Below, piece by piece: positions 24,901 through 35,360 of a stretch of DNA of 64,000 nucleotides (position 1 is the stretch's first letter; the number at the start of each line of letters is the position of its first letter). Origin of the DNA: Glycera tridactyla. Lineage: Eukaryota. The DNA is taken from positions 88,226,001-88,290,000 of the forward strand of contig OZ286459.1 of NCBI GenBank assembly GCA_965644265.1, read 5' to 3'. The notes under the pieces are model-generated. The model saw only the letters and a list, made by a program, of their open reading frames with translations, searched no databases and was not told where the DNA came from. The position numbers and the translations under genes were made by a program.

Positions 24901-25332
24901 TGGTGAAGCTAGCCCAGGGGGGTCAACCCTAAGGTCTGACATTGTCACTGAGACTCTCCCAAGTTTGTGTCGACTGCTATAGAGACCGTTTTCCATGTTT
25001 TCGCTACTGTTAGACATTGAGGGATCACCCAGGCCTAGTCTAGTAGCTTTATGAGGGCTCTTAGGGGAATGTGATGAGAGCTTGAAGCAGGGGTTCGCAA
25101 GACGGCGTCCTGGGAAGCAACTTAGTGGAGTACCCCCCCTCTGTTGTGCTGGGTTGCTGCGGCGGTCACCAATGTCAACATTTCCTTTGTCACCCGCAAT
25201 AGAAGATAAAAATGCCTCTGTTTGGCATGGTTTCACCTTATTTGATGAATCTGCATCCATCCCCAGAGTCTCATAAACGTATTCGGTCATCCGTTTTTGG
25301 TCCGGTCCTAGATCTTGTCCCAATTTGCGCAT
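21949..25332 (-). CDS. LINE ORF1 (RNA-binding chaperone-like), 1127 aa
   Basis: Long S/P/T/D-rich disordered N-terminus, heptad-rich coiled coil (~22985-23500), then RRNVLIIEGVE...RAIRIKL...KLKGTEIFINEHLT...YNHVWSDMGRIW (~22600-22985), resembling the RRM+CTD module of L1-type/CR1 ORF1 proteins. Q/N/P-rich tail. Same strand as, and upstream of, ORF2. Confidence 0.87.
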   Translation of the reverse strand: MRKLGQDLGPDQKRMTEYVYETLGMDADSSNKVKPCQTEAFLSSIAGDKGNVDIGDRRSNPAQQRGGTPLSCFPGRRLANPCFKLSSHSPKSPHKATRLGLGDPSMSNSSENMENGLYSSRHKLGRVSVTMSDLRVDPPGLASPSSKAVIDPATPAKTGIAEDAQPSPNTGRISFNEPSIPSLDMTSDTDSSIKHNTCNIEIGACPSQVNHTAADSSANSVACPPQVIPNSANPTPDPDDGVEERGIKKSETLKIPGIKELSPQNALKAVTPVATAASPAPDSYSGHDTTEDSFVINGTQQSELFRKEDKIILKTVEDLKIVSGDNSIVLSDDEDSGEDNEKSSSTIRNTSTHDMSNIPLTSSADIPPKQNVIPAIFTASPTGSPILFSANTPTRRITSSKCKPSPILTPRHKHKPHDTPHTTPRSKRSHSSPSEESNQQEPDSESTKNTESKKTRVASPISQEELANRMDDSNAIMTGLTPSGHPQMNPLSSTPIKHAPDSNSQLAASSLDLSIPCAQRSPTNSEAYDNPSKVEPPSDGDSNGLDIHSGISPPEVVSPLSLPQPPLLGPKNKLNASTSTDFSHLPIKAMQELENSILTKLLGRLPDLIHTAMSNPLDKINVKLGSQSSDTLKLDLELSRMTKRLDTLSQLNNNDLEQIHRELVSARNESDKIHSAASEALTKATDALKITSDMRNDNDEKARANEVQQMKKDIATAKLECERVNSAAKEALTQAKNALKMAEEKSTSNESLSSIKDHNDKLNYLKTELDKLLARMETTEMLERRNVLIIEGVEVNSPPEVLPTVIQMFHDRLGVTLSKEEVESCYFFGPAKTQPPEPRAIRIKLYRTDMKKWIMKQKGKLKGTEIFINEHLTPVNNNIFYLARSARKLKRYNHVWSDMGRIWATRTVDSVPTLLRDSAKLREELQMQREPTNDDQDRHRERPAAVLKNDAYQIQRNQNRFKGARGRQTWNDQCEFQPRMSMPTQGRVAPHTPAMGFATRPPGPVPPQRTQAPPVNQNGSNFTNYNTQSNQNISERLSNLAYQTDQQSTQGFAGNGPLVSNLHQYWNQGPPQNQQRFIPPLLPPTQQPPQPPQPVVQYQVSNNSYPNASGNFIQSEFPNLQHGIRWQ

Positions 25333-26965
25333 ATTTCGATAGAAAAATCCAGAGCTCCGTTGATGTGTGTCCTCTACTCTCGCATGCTCACAATCACATC
25401 AGCGAAGTCTCTAATTACTGAAATTGATATAATTAGTGCCTGGTAGCTTTTCCCTCAGCAAAAAGATATTCTTCTCTGAATCAGATCTTCTGACTATTGA
25501 TTTTCATCACAGCAATATGTTTTAGCACGCGTCTATTAACGATATCAATATTCGAAACGAATGTGCTATTTGATTCATCTTCCTTGACCCGCATGAGGCC
25601 GTTGATCCTGTTATACCCGAAACCGTACTGTGCATATTGTCAACATTTGGAATTATAGACTATTTGATTTGTTGATTCGGAATTCATCTGAGGGGTAGGA
25701 TGAGGCTAGTGGAAACCATTGCAAGTAGGTAATATCACTTGCCGGTTCCGACAGGGGTCGATTTCGGACCTGCTTTTGTTCGTGCTTCTAATGAATGACT
25801 CAGCAAATGTTATCAATTGTGGTATTGTTCGAATATATGAAAATGATACTGAGATTGGTGCTCACATTTTTGCGAGAAGGTAGACGGCTGTGTCTGGAAA
25901 ACGTCTACATGGATAATGTATTGGTGTGGTGAAACTGGTCCACGTTGCTCTCAGTTATTGAACTCTGACCTACATGTGATCCATTTCCGGTTGCCATTGT
26001 TCCTTTGGTCGTCCAAATCAATGATAGATTAGTGACTGGTCTTTTGAACAGCAGTGATCTCTGATACAGAAGCCAATTGAGCTCCGCCATTGTAATTCCA
26101 TGCCCGTTAAAGGACAGAATTGCATGGAAGAGGTTGGGAGATTAGATATTTTTCTTTTGCATTGGGGGAAAATTGGCTCAAGCCAATTCACTAACAGATG
26201 GGGTTCTCTACGTGAATCGGCTACTGGAGTAATACAGAGCTCATTCATGCCTGTCGTCAGATGATTCATTTATGTATGACACATGAAGCTGTGTGCAGGA
26301 TATGGCCTGCCTGAAAATATTAGTCATGAAACCCATTCCAAAGTCGATTGCCAATTGATTAGCTCTTTGGTGATAGGTATCGTGAGACTGTTGACGGAAA
26401 CTACAATTATTCATCTTATTCGGAAAGATTACAAGCAATTGATTACAATCTGTATGTCCAGAAGCCTTCTGGTTCTCACTAGGGGGATGTCATACTCTAC
26501 GGTATTCACAAAGAATATTCCTCAGGGAAACCTAACAAACGATTTTGCTGTTACAATGAAAGTTTGCCGGTGAGTGAGACATATTTTATGGAATCCACGA
26601 GAAGTATATGCTTTACAAGACAGCATCCTTATGAAAAAAGATTCATAACTCAGGTGATGATTGGTCATAATCCCGGTTAGGCGGAGACAGTAGCCTGATG
26701 GTAGCAAATACTGGCAGTGTACGAAGGTCAAAGTACCATTTTTCCTTCATTCCAAGTGTCCACTTCATCTCAGAACAAATGGGCACTGTCGATTGATATG
26801 AGTTTCCGTTGAAGATCCCAACAATCAGAAGTCCTCACAGGTATTTTTCCAGCATTTGGCCTTCTAGTGAAATAGTGATTCAGGGATCAGTATATCAATC
26901 CGGTACTCGCTTTCTATCCATCTTGATGATCAAAGACGAAGCTATTGGATAAGGACGAGAATGTC

Positions 26966-29645
26966 AACCGTCAGCATCTTGATCAGGTAAATGCTGTAGC
27001 GATATGTTAGCGGGGGTGATGACAAGTAGGGCCAAAGATGTCGAATATCACCATCTCACTGCTACTGAATGCTGTGGCGATATGTTAGCGGGGGTGATGA
27101 CAAGTAGGGCAGAAGATGTTGAATATCACCATCTCACTGCTACTGAATGCTGTGGCGATATGTTAGCGGGGGTGATGACAAGTAGGGCAGAAGATGTCGA
27201 ATATCACCATCTCACTGCTACTGAATGCTGTGGCGATATGTTAGCGGGGGTGATGACAAGTAGGGCAGAAGATGTCGAATATCGCCATCTCACTGCTACT
27301 GAATGCTGTGGCAATATGTTAGCGGGGGTGATGACAAGTAGGGCCGAAGATTTCGAATATCACCATCTCACTGCTACTAATGATCCATCATCACCCAGAG
27401 CAACCGTCAGCATCTTAATCAGGTGAATGTTGTAGCAATATGTTAGCGGGGGTGATGACAAGTAGGGCAGAAGATGTCGAATATCGCCATCTCACTGCTA
27501 CTGAATGCTGTAGCGATATGTTAGCGGGGGTGATGACAAGTAGGGCAGAAGATGTCGAATATCACCATCTCACTGCTACTGAATGCAGTAGGGATATGTT
27601 AGCGGGGGTGATGACAAGTAGGGCAGAAGATGTTGAATATCACCATCTCACTGCTACTGAATGCTGTGGCAATATGTTAGTGGGGGTGATGACAAGTAGG
27701 GCAGAAGATGTCGAATATCACCATCTCACTGCTACTGAATGCAGTAGCGATATGTTAGCAGGGGTGATGACAAGTAGGGCAGAAGATGTCGAATATCGCC
27801 ATCTCACTGCTACTGAATGCTGTGGCGATATGTTAGCGGGGGTGATGACAAGTAGGGCAGAAGATGTTGAATATCACCATCTCACTGCTACTGAATGCTG
27901 TGGCAATATGTTAGCGGGGGTGATGACAAGTAGGGCAGAAGATGTCGAATATCACCATCTCACTGCTACTGGATGCTGTGGCGATATGTTAGCGGGGGTG
28001 ATGACAAGTAGGGCAGAAGATGTCGAATATCGCCATCTCACTGCTACTGAATGCTGTGGCAATATGTTAGTGGGGGTGATGACAAGTAGGGCCGAAGATG
28101 TCGAATATCACCATCTCACTGCTACTAATGATCCATCATCACCCAGAGCAACCGTCAGCATCTTAATCAGGTGAATGTTGTAGCAATATGTTAGCGGGGG
28201 TGATGACAAGTAGGGCAGAAGATGTCGAATATCGCCATCTCACTGCTACTGAATGCTGTAGCGATATGTTAGCGGGGGTGATGACAAGTAGGGCAGAAGA
28301 TGTTGAATATCACCATCTCACTGCTACTGAATGCTGTAGCGATATGTTAGCGGGGGTGATGACAAGTAGGGCAGAAGATGTCGAATATCACCATCTCACT
28401 GCTACTGAATGCAGTAGCGATATGTTAGCGGGGATGATGACAAGTAGGGCAGAAGATGTCGAATATCACCATCTCACTGCTACTGAATGCAGTAGCGATA
28501 TGTTAGCGGGGGTGATGACAAGTAGGGCAGAAGATGTTGAATATCACCATCTCACTGCTACTGAATGCTGTGGCAATATGTTAGCGGGGGTGATGACAAG
28601 TAGGGCAGAAGATGTCGAATATCACCATCTCACTGCTACTGAATGGAGTAGCGATATGTTAGCAGGGGTGATGACAAGTAGGGCAGAAGATGTCGAATAT
28701 CACCATCTCACTGCTACTGAATGCTGTAGCGATATGTTAGCGGGGTGATGACAAGTAGGGCAGAAGATGTCGAATATCACCATCTCACTGCTACTGAATG
28801 CTGTGGCGATATGTTAGCGGGGGTGATGACAAGTAGGGCCGAAGATGTCGAATATCACCATCTCACTGCTACTGAATGCTGTAGCGATATGTTAGCGGGG
28901 GTGATGACAAGTAGGGCAGAAGATATCGAATATCACCATCTCACTGCTACTGAATGCTGTAGCGATATGTTAGCGGGGGTGATGACAAGTAGGGCAGAAG
29001 ATGTCGAATATCACCATCTCACTGCTACTGAATGCTGTGGCGATATGTTAGCGGGGGTGATGACAAGTAGGGCCGAAGATGTCGAATATCACCATCTCAC
29101 TGCTACTGATGATCCATCATCACCCAGAGCAACTGTCAGCATCTTAATCAGGTGAATGTTGTAGCAATATGTTAGCCGGAGTGATGACAAGTAGGGCAGA
29201 AGATGTCGAATATCGCCATCTCACTGCTACTGAATGCTGTGGCAATATGTTAGCGGGGGTGATGACAAGTAGGGCAGAAGATGTCGAATATCACCATCTC
29301 ACTGCTACTGAATGCTGTGGCGATATGTTAGCGGGGGTGATGACAAGTAGGGCCGAAGATGTCGAATATCACCATCTCACTGCTACTGAATGCTGTGGCA
29401 ATATGTTAGTGGGGGTGATGACAAGTAGGGCAGAAGATGTCGAATATCACCATCTCACTGCTACTGAATGCTGTGGCGATATGTTAGCGGGGGTGATGAC
29501 AAGTAGGGCAGAAGATGTTGAATATCACCATCTCACTGCTACTGAATGCTGTGGCAATATGTTAGCGGGGGTGATGACAAGTAGGGCAGAAGATGTTGAA
29601 TATCACCATCTCACTGCTACTGATGATCCATCATCACCCAGGGCA
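26966..29645 (+). repeat. 78-bp satellite, 32 copies in four higher-order blocks (5, 9, 12, 6)
   Basis: Unit GATATGTTAGCGGGGGTGATGACAAGTAGGGCAGAAGATGTCGAATATCACCATCTCACTGCTACTGAATGCTGTGGC. Each block opens with CAACCGTCAGCATCTT.ATCAGGT and closes with TGATCCATCATCACCCAG. Copies counted from the repeated peptides in the ORF track. Confidence 0.97.
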
Positions 29646-29899
29646 TTCTGACATTCTAATCCCACAGATTAGAACGTTTGTATTACTCGTAGCTATAGCA
29701 GAATTTCAGAAAAAATAAGTGTTTTGTTACAAGCTGAATAGGTATCACACATTTTAGGGACCGGTCTCCTGTTCGAGAGCATTAGAATTAGGATATGTGG
29801 GGAGGAACAGGATTTGTGGGGGTTCGGTTGGGCTTCGCTCAAGCATAGACACTGTATAGCTGGATACTATTACCAGCTGTTGGAAAGACATATTATTTC

Positions 29900-30340
29900 C
29901 ATCATCGTCATCAAAGTCCATTCAGTTATGTCGAAACCGATTCACGTTTCTTTTATCGTCATCAGTGTATAATGTCCATTTAATGAGGTAGCCGGTACCT
30001 TTGGCGACAAGACTCGAAACCGGTTAACGATTCTTCCATTGTCATCAGTGCACAAAGTCCATTTAATGATGTAGCCGGTACCTTTGGCGAGAAGACTCGA
30101 AACCGGTCAACGTTTCTTCCATTGTCATCAGTGCACAAAGTCCATTTAATGATGTAGCCGGTCCCTTTGGCGAGAAGACTCGAAACCGGTCAACGTTTCT
30201 TCCATTGTCATCAGTGCACAAAGTCCATTTAATGATGTAGCCGGTACCTTTGGCGAAAAGACTCGAAACCGGTTAACGTTTCTTCCATTGTCGTCAGTGC
30301 ACAAAGTTCATTTGATGATGTAGCCGGCGACAAGACTCAT
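29900..30340. repeat. 83-bp tandem repeat, ~4.5 copies plus one degenerate copy
   Basis: ATTTAATGA recurs at 29978, 30061, 30144 and 30227, with a partial copy at 30310. Confidence 0.93.
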
Positions 30341-31744
30341 CGTAGCTCTCCCCTACTTCTGGATGAAGAGATATGGTGCTTAAATGAATCTCAACATTGA
30401 ATTTGTATCAATGATGCAAAGCAAGTGCTGTGGAGTAGCAGGACTTGGTCAAAATACTATCCTTTTTTCAACCTATCGGACGATCATGCTGATCACTATC
30501 GGCATGAGAGCTGTCCTTTTCCATCATATGTGGATTGAACAGGGTGGCACAATGAAGCTTATCACACTGATTTGAATGATTGAGTTAAGTATCAGACTTA
30601 TAGCATCGGGCAATGGATAGATTGGAATTCGATGAGTTATATCTTAAGTGGTTTCTCGATCCATGGAAGGAGAGAGAGAGGGGGCATTAGCCGATGTCTT
30701 AGAGCCATAGACTTAATTCAGTGGTTGATATCATGATGAATTTATGTCCTCTACTATTCGCATGAGATGAGAATGGATCGAGCAGTGCTGATGTGTTTGT
30801 GAAATGTTAGCCCATCGGATGAGGCGGTTGTTTTAATTACACTGTGAATATTGCTTGCCTATTTACAACAACTCTCTAGCTTGTTTTAATTGCATACTGG
30901 CAGGCTCCAAAAGACTTTGGCAGAAGGTCAAGGACAGTGATAAACAAAACAACAGTTTACAAGTTAATCTGCTTTAAGCAGGCGACCAATCCCTCACGAT
31001 TTCTTCACATCCACTGCCAAAACACACACGATGTTTGTCTGTTTCTGTCAGTAATCCTGTTTATCAACCATTCGCGCCTTTTTGCCACTTTCTCCCAGTC
31101 TGTGTTATATGATATCTGCATTCTGAATCCAGACTATGAATCACTATGAGTATTCCAGAGAAATATCCATATTGTTAAGAAATCCAATCAGACACTGGGC
31201 TCCCAGTAGCCCTGATAAAGTCAAGAGCCTTGAACACATATTCTGCAGGCAGCAATGAAGTTTTAAGATTACGGAGCTTCTGTGAACTTTCCTGTCTGCC
31301 TCCTTGTCAAAGTTGCACGGGATATACTGGGATTCTCCTTCCATATTTAATCGAATTGATAACGTTATGTTCTTCTTATTTCACCGAATATGTAATCCCG
31401 ATCATTACCCTCATCAGTCTGACCGAGAGCTAACGACATATACAAGAGAACAATATAATTTGACTTGTCATATCGAATCAAATTTTTATCAGATCATAAT
31501 GATATTCAGAGATGTATTAAGTCTAGGCTGATGTTAGTGGTACACTGGGGAGTAGAAGGTACGTGTAATACACATTTCTAATGGAATACAATGGTATAAA
31601 CAACTATGGTATACCCAACTATATGAACGCATTCTCTCTGTATGAGTATCTGTACTACGTCTTTGGTTCATAACCTTCACATGGTCAGGAACAGGATAGT
31701 GCATGGATGTACATGGAAGTTATTCATGATAGCTTACTACCATT

Positions 31745-32250
31745 ACTTATGCTTATGTCAGGTCTCTATCCCGGGTCCCAGAATGGCCCTCCATTGTTGT
31801 CTGTCTGACATGATCCTCTTCAATTCATCGACCACAAATCCTGTGTCACGCTTCAACAAGTCTATATATTTTGTGGCAGGTCTTCCTTGTCTTCTGTGAC
31901 CTCTGTCCGGAGTCCAGCGGACCAATGATGAAGCCAGCTTGATAATAGGTGTCCAGCTAATTTCAGTCTTCTCTGCCTGATCTTTTCAGAGACTTCAGGA
32001 AGTTCACCCTAGTGCTCTTCATTTGTGACATGTTCTGACCAATTGATGCTTGCAGCCTTGTTCATCATCCTGGTATAGCACCCATCTAGAACCTTCTCTG
32101 ATCTTTTACTAAGGCTCTAAGTTTCACATCCATAGAGAAGAACTGACTCCAACGTAGCTGTCATAAGCCTGTGTCTGAGTCCTTTCGGGAGGCTGGATTT
32201 CCAGATGGTCTCCGTTTTGTTTCATACAGCCTGGAGGTCCTTCATCCATC
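31745..32250 (-). mobile_element. Decayed 3' fragment of an RTE-clade LINE
   Basis: Manual minus-strand translation: TIWKSSLPKGLRHRLMTATLESVLLYGCET*SLSKRSEKVLDGCYTRMMNKAASINWSEHVTNEEH*GELPEVSEKIRQRRLKLAGH, then after a frameshift LVRWTPDRGHRRQGRPATKYIDLLKRDTG...MSDRQQWRAILGPGIET* (stop 31758-31760). This matches the RTE post-RT C-terminal motifs (LLYGCETW, LDGCYTRML, HVTNEEL, RRLRLAGH, GRP, DR..WR). Two in-frame stops. Confidence 0.88.
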
Positions 32251-33215
32251 TACATCATTGCAACACGTACAGAAATGTCTGAAATAGAACCTTTCGCTTG
32301 TTTGTTTGTTTGTTTGTTTGACTATTTTTACTGATACCAGTCTAGTACTACTGTCAGAGCCTGATGGTGCTGATCTTTCCAGAGCTGCTGTCTGCTATTT
32401 ATAGGTGATAGGTCCTTGTTTATCACTGTCCTTGACAATCTTCCTGGCTCACCTCCAGCTCGTGGTCACAAAAAGTAGTCTCTATAGACATGACTAGTAC
32501 GTGTATATATGGTTGTATCTCAAACCGGTCCGACTGTAGTTAGGGGGATATGTATATTGATCTTCTCCAGGGCCATTTATCTGAGTGGTGCCAGATGGAA
32601 ATTGTATATTCTGAATATTAGTTTAGAATCGGCAGCGAGGGTTTCTGGAAGTTATCTCAGATGGTGATGTCCATTGCAAGGGGAAGCATCCATCAAGGGG
32701 TAACACCTCATCACTCATGATGCTGGTTAGGTGCATCTCTAGATAATCCAATATCTGCGGGGCCCATTTCACCCAACTATAACTACCTTCAAAATTGTCA
32801 GTGAGCGCCAAGACATCCTATGTCTTCTACATCATTTTCCAGTCCATTCTCTTACTTGTGAAATGTACCCGAAGATTATATGTCATTCCTCTAGATGTGT
32901 GAAGCAGGTATCTATCCACCACTTCATAAATTAACTCTGCGTGGCTCATAACTGCTGATTTTCTTTTCTTGCGATCAAAATTTGATCCCTCCCCCGTCAA
33001 ACCGGACCACAGTTCTACGTGGCGGAATCAATATCATCACAATGACATATACGTATTTGAAGAGGTCGTGTCAAGAAGGTCCTATGTGAAATTCTCATAT
33101 CAACGAATTCTCGATTATCTAATCTGACTTCATGTTCAGAGTGATCGCAGACGACAGTAGGAACCTATGGTCCATTGTGTGGTAGAATGAAATGAAGGTG
33201 GTAAACGGACAGGCT

Positions 33216-33246
<31 letters not shown>

Positions 33247-34959
33247 GGACAGACAGACGGACAGANNNNNNNNNNNNNNNNNNNNNNNNNNNNNNNNNNN
33301 NNNNNNNNNNNNNNNNNNNNNNNNNNNNNNNNNNNNNNNNNNNNNNNNNNNNNNNNNNNNNNNNNNNNNNNNNNNNNNNNNNNNNNNNNNNNNNNNNNNC
33401 GATGGAGGCAGGGGTAGATAGGCGGATTATCATAATCATCATCAGTAGCCGCCACAGCAATTCATAAACATCATTTATCATCCTCTCCTTTCTCCTACAT
33501 TGCCGAATGTATAGAATGAAGTGTTTGAATAAGGTGTTGCATTGCTTTTTTGATTGACATTTTGCCTCCTCCTCTGCCCATCCAATCCATCATCCATTGG
33601 GGTACAATGTGAAAGTGTTGCCTTCTCTCACCATTTTGATCAGCAAGGTCGTTCATCCTGTATGTTCGATGAGCTGCAATATCAATTTAGGTGGTGTCTG
33701 GCGGTGTACAAGGCGGAGGCGTTTGTTTGACGTTTTAATGGAGTAGAGAGATGGTGGCGGTGGGGGATCTGATGGACACCTCACTGACATCTGCAGACTC
33801 CGCTGAGATGCTATGTCATGGTGCTGCTGATACTATTGTCACCCTATACATCACCACCTAATGGAATGTATCACACATCCGGGATGCTTTCACTGGATAT
33901 AAAGTAGACTCGACACACCTCTGCTGTTCGCAGCTGCTAGTTCAAGCATGAGACCATGAAAAAATCACCGGATCCATGACTTTATCTATGATCGAGAAGG
34001 GGAAAACTGATCTTAGCTCCCATCGAAAATACACAAAACGACTAATGAAAAGTCATCAATACAATCGAACTGTTGCTACTCAATCACATGTTGATATGTG
34101 CAGCTAGATATGAAGAAAAATCATAAAAAAGATTTCAGAACAAGTTATTTGGGTATACTGCTGGTACAGTGTGTGTGTGTGTTTTTAGCAGACCACAGTC
34201 CTCCAATACTGATCAGACAAGACATATTGTGAATGGATTAGTCAATACAATCGAACTTTCACGTATATTGATATATGAATCATGATATGAAGAACATTCA
34301 TAAAAATGATTCCAGAAGAGGTTCAGTAGGTATACAGCTGGTCCAGTGTCATCAGCAGGCCATAATCATGCAATCCTGATCAGAGAGGACATATTGTGAA
34401 TAATTTTGGTTCGTTTTAAGTAAGTTAGCCTCAACTTATGAACAGTAAAGGAAACATATTCGCGACAGATTAATCTGTTGGTTGGTTGGTTGGTAGGTAG
34501 GTATGTTGGTTGGTTGGTCGCTGCACAACCCCGGAGCACCATAACTTCACCTTTCTGGGTGAACATTTATGAAGGTCACAGTCATCGAAGCTAACAAATT
34601 TTGGCAATTCAGGTTATTTAGTCACTTACGTGCAGTGGGATTAAAATTGCTCAATAGGAACATTTCAGAAAGCGACAACTAACCTCATAATGTAATACAT
34701 GTGAAACAACTGGGGTATATTGATTGTTTGAATCAATAGCAATTAACAATGTTTTTAGCTGTATGACAATCTCCTGGTTTACAGAACCGTAACGTGTTTT
34801 TCAATCGTATGTCCATGCCATGTCAGAATATATCATGCAAATGCGATTTTGCCATCTGATATATCCTTGATAAGGATACACAACTTCACGATTACAGTCC
34901 CAGAATATAGAGGGAGCAGGGATATTCTGAATTCATACTTACCGCCCAGTCTTGAATAA

Positions 34960-35360
34960 TTGTTTTGTAAGATGACTGGGTAAAAACCCCATCCTAATAA
35001 CACCACCCATATCAGCTATTTTTGTAAGATGACTGGGTGAAAACCTCATCCTGATAACACCACCCATATCAACTGTTTTGTAAGATGACTGGGTGAAAAC
35101 CCCATCCTAAAAACACCACCCATATCAACTGTTTTGTAAGATGACTGTGTGAAAACCCCATCCTAATAACACCATCCATATCAACTATTTTTGTAAGATG
35201 ACTGGGTGAAAACCCCATCCTAATAACACCATCCATATCAACTGTTTTGTAAGATGACTGGGTGAAAACCCCATCCTAATAACACCACCGATATCAACTA
35301 TTTTGTAAGATGACTGGGTGAAAACCCCATCCTAGTATCACCACCCATATAAACTGTTTC
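34960..35360. repeat. 56-57-bp minisatellite, ~7 copies
   Basis: Unit TTTGTAAGATGACTGGGTGAAAACCCCATCCTAATAACACCACCCATATCAACT; GATGACTGGG at 34971, 35028, 35084 and onward. Confidence 0.95.

Larger units (their letters stand above)
14956..25400 (-). mobile_element. Apparently full-length CR1/L2-group non-LTR retrotransposon, three ORFs (ORF1, SGNH esterase, APE-RT), ~10.4 kb
   Basis: Three co-oriented intact ORFs on the minus strand (25332-21949, 21968-21048, 18259-15320), followed by a 3' stem-loop, AATAAA and a (TTCAAA)-like tail ending near 14956. The 5' boundary is approximate (short UTR upstream of 25332). No target-site duplication found, which is usual for CR1/L2. Confidence 0.82.

Noticed and set aside
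15374-25421. Plus-strand ORFs antisense to the LINE ORFs (e.g. 15807-16265, 23990-24484)
   Set aside because: Shadow frames of real coding sequence, with no recognisable motifs.
27012-27070. Box C (GTGATGA) and box D (CTGA) in each 78-bp unit, suggesting a tandem snoRNA array
   Set aside because: No convincing terminal stem or internal D'/C' boxes, the C-to-D span is short, and I could not identify an rRNA/snRNA target. Both motifs are short enough to arise by chance.
27004-29651. Five ORFs encoding a 26-aa repeat (MLAGVMTSRAEDVEYHHLTATECCGD)
   Set aside because: A 78-bp unit will usually have at least one stop-free frame out of six by chance. Block junctions introduce stops, and a 1-bp deletion near 28745 shifts the frame. 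No splice or signal context.
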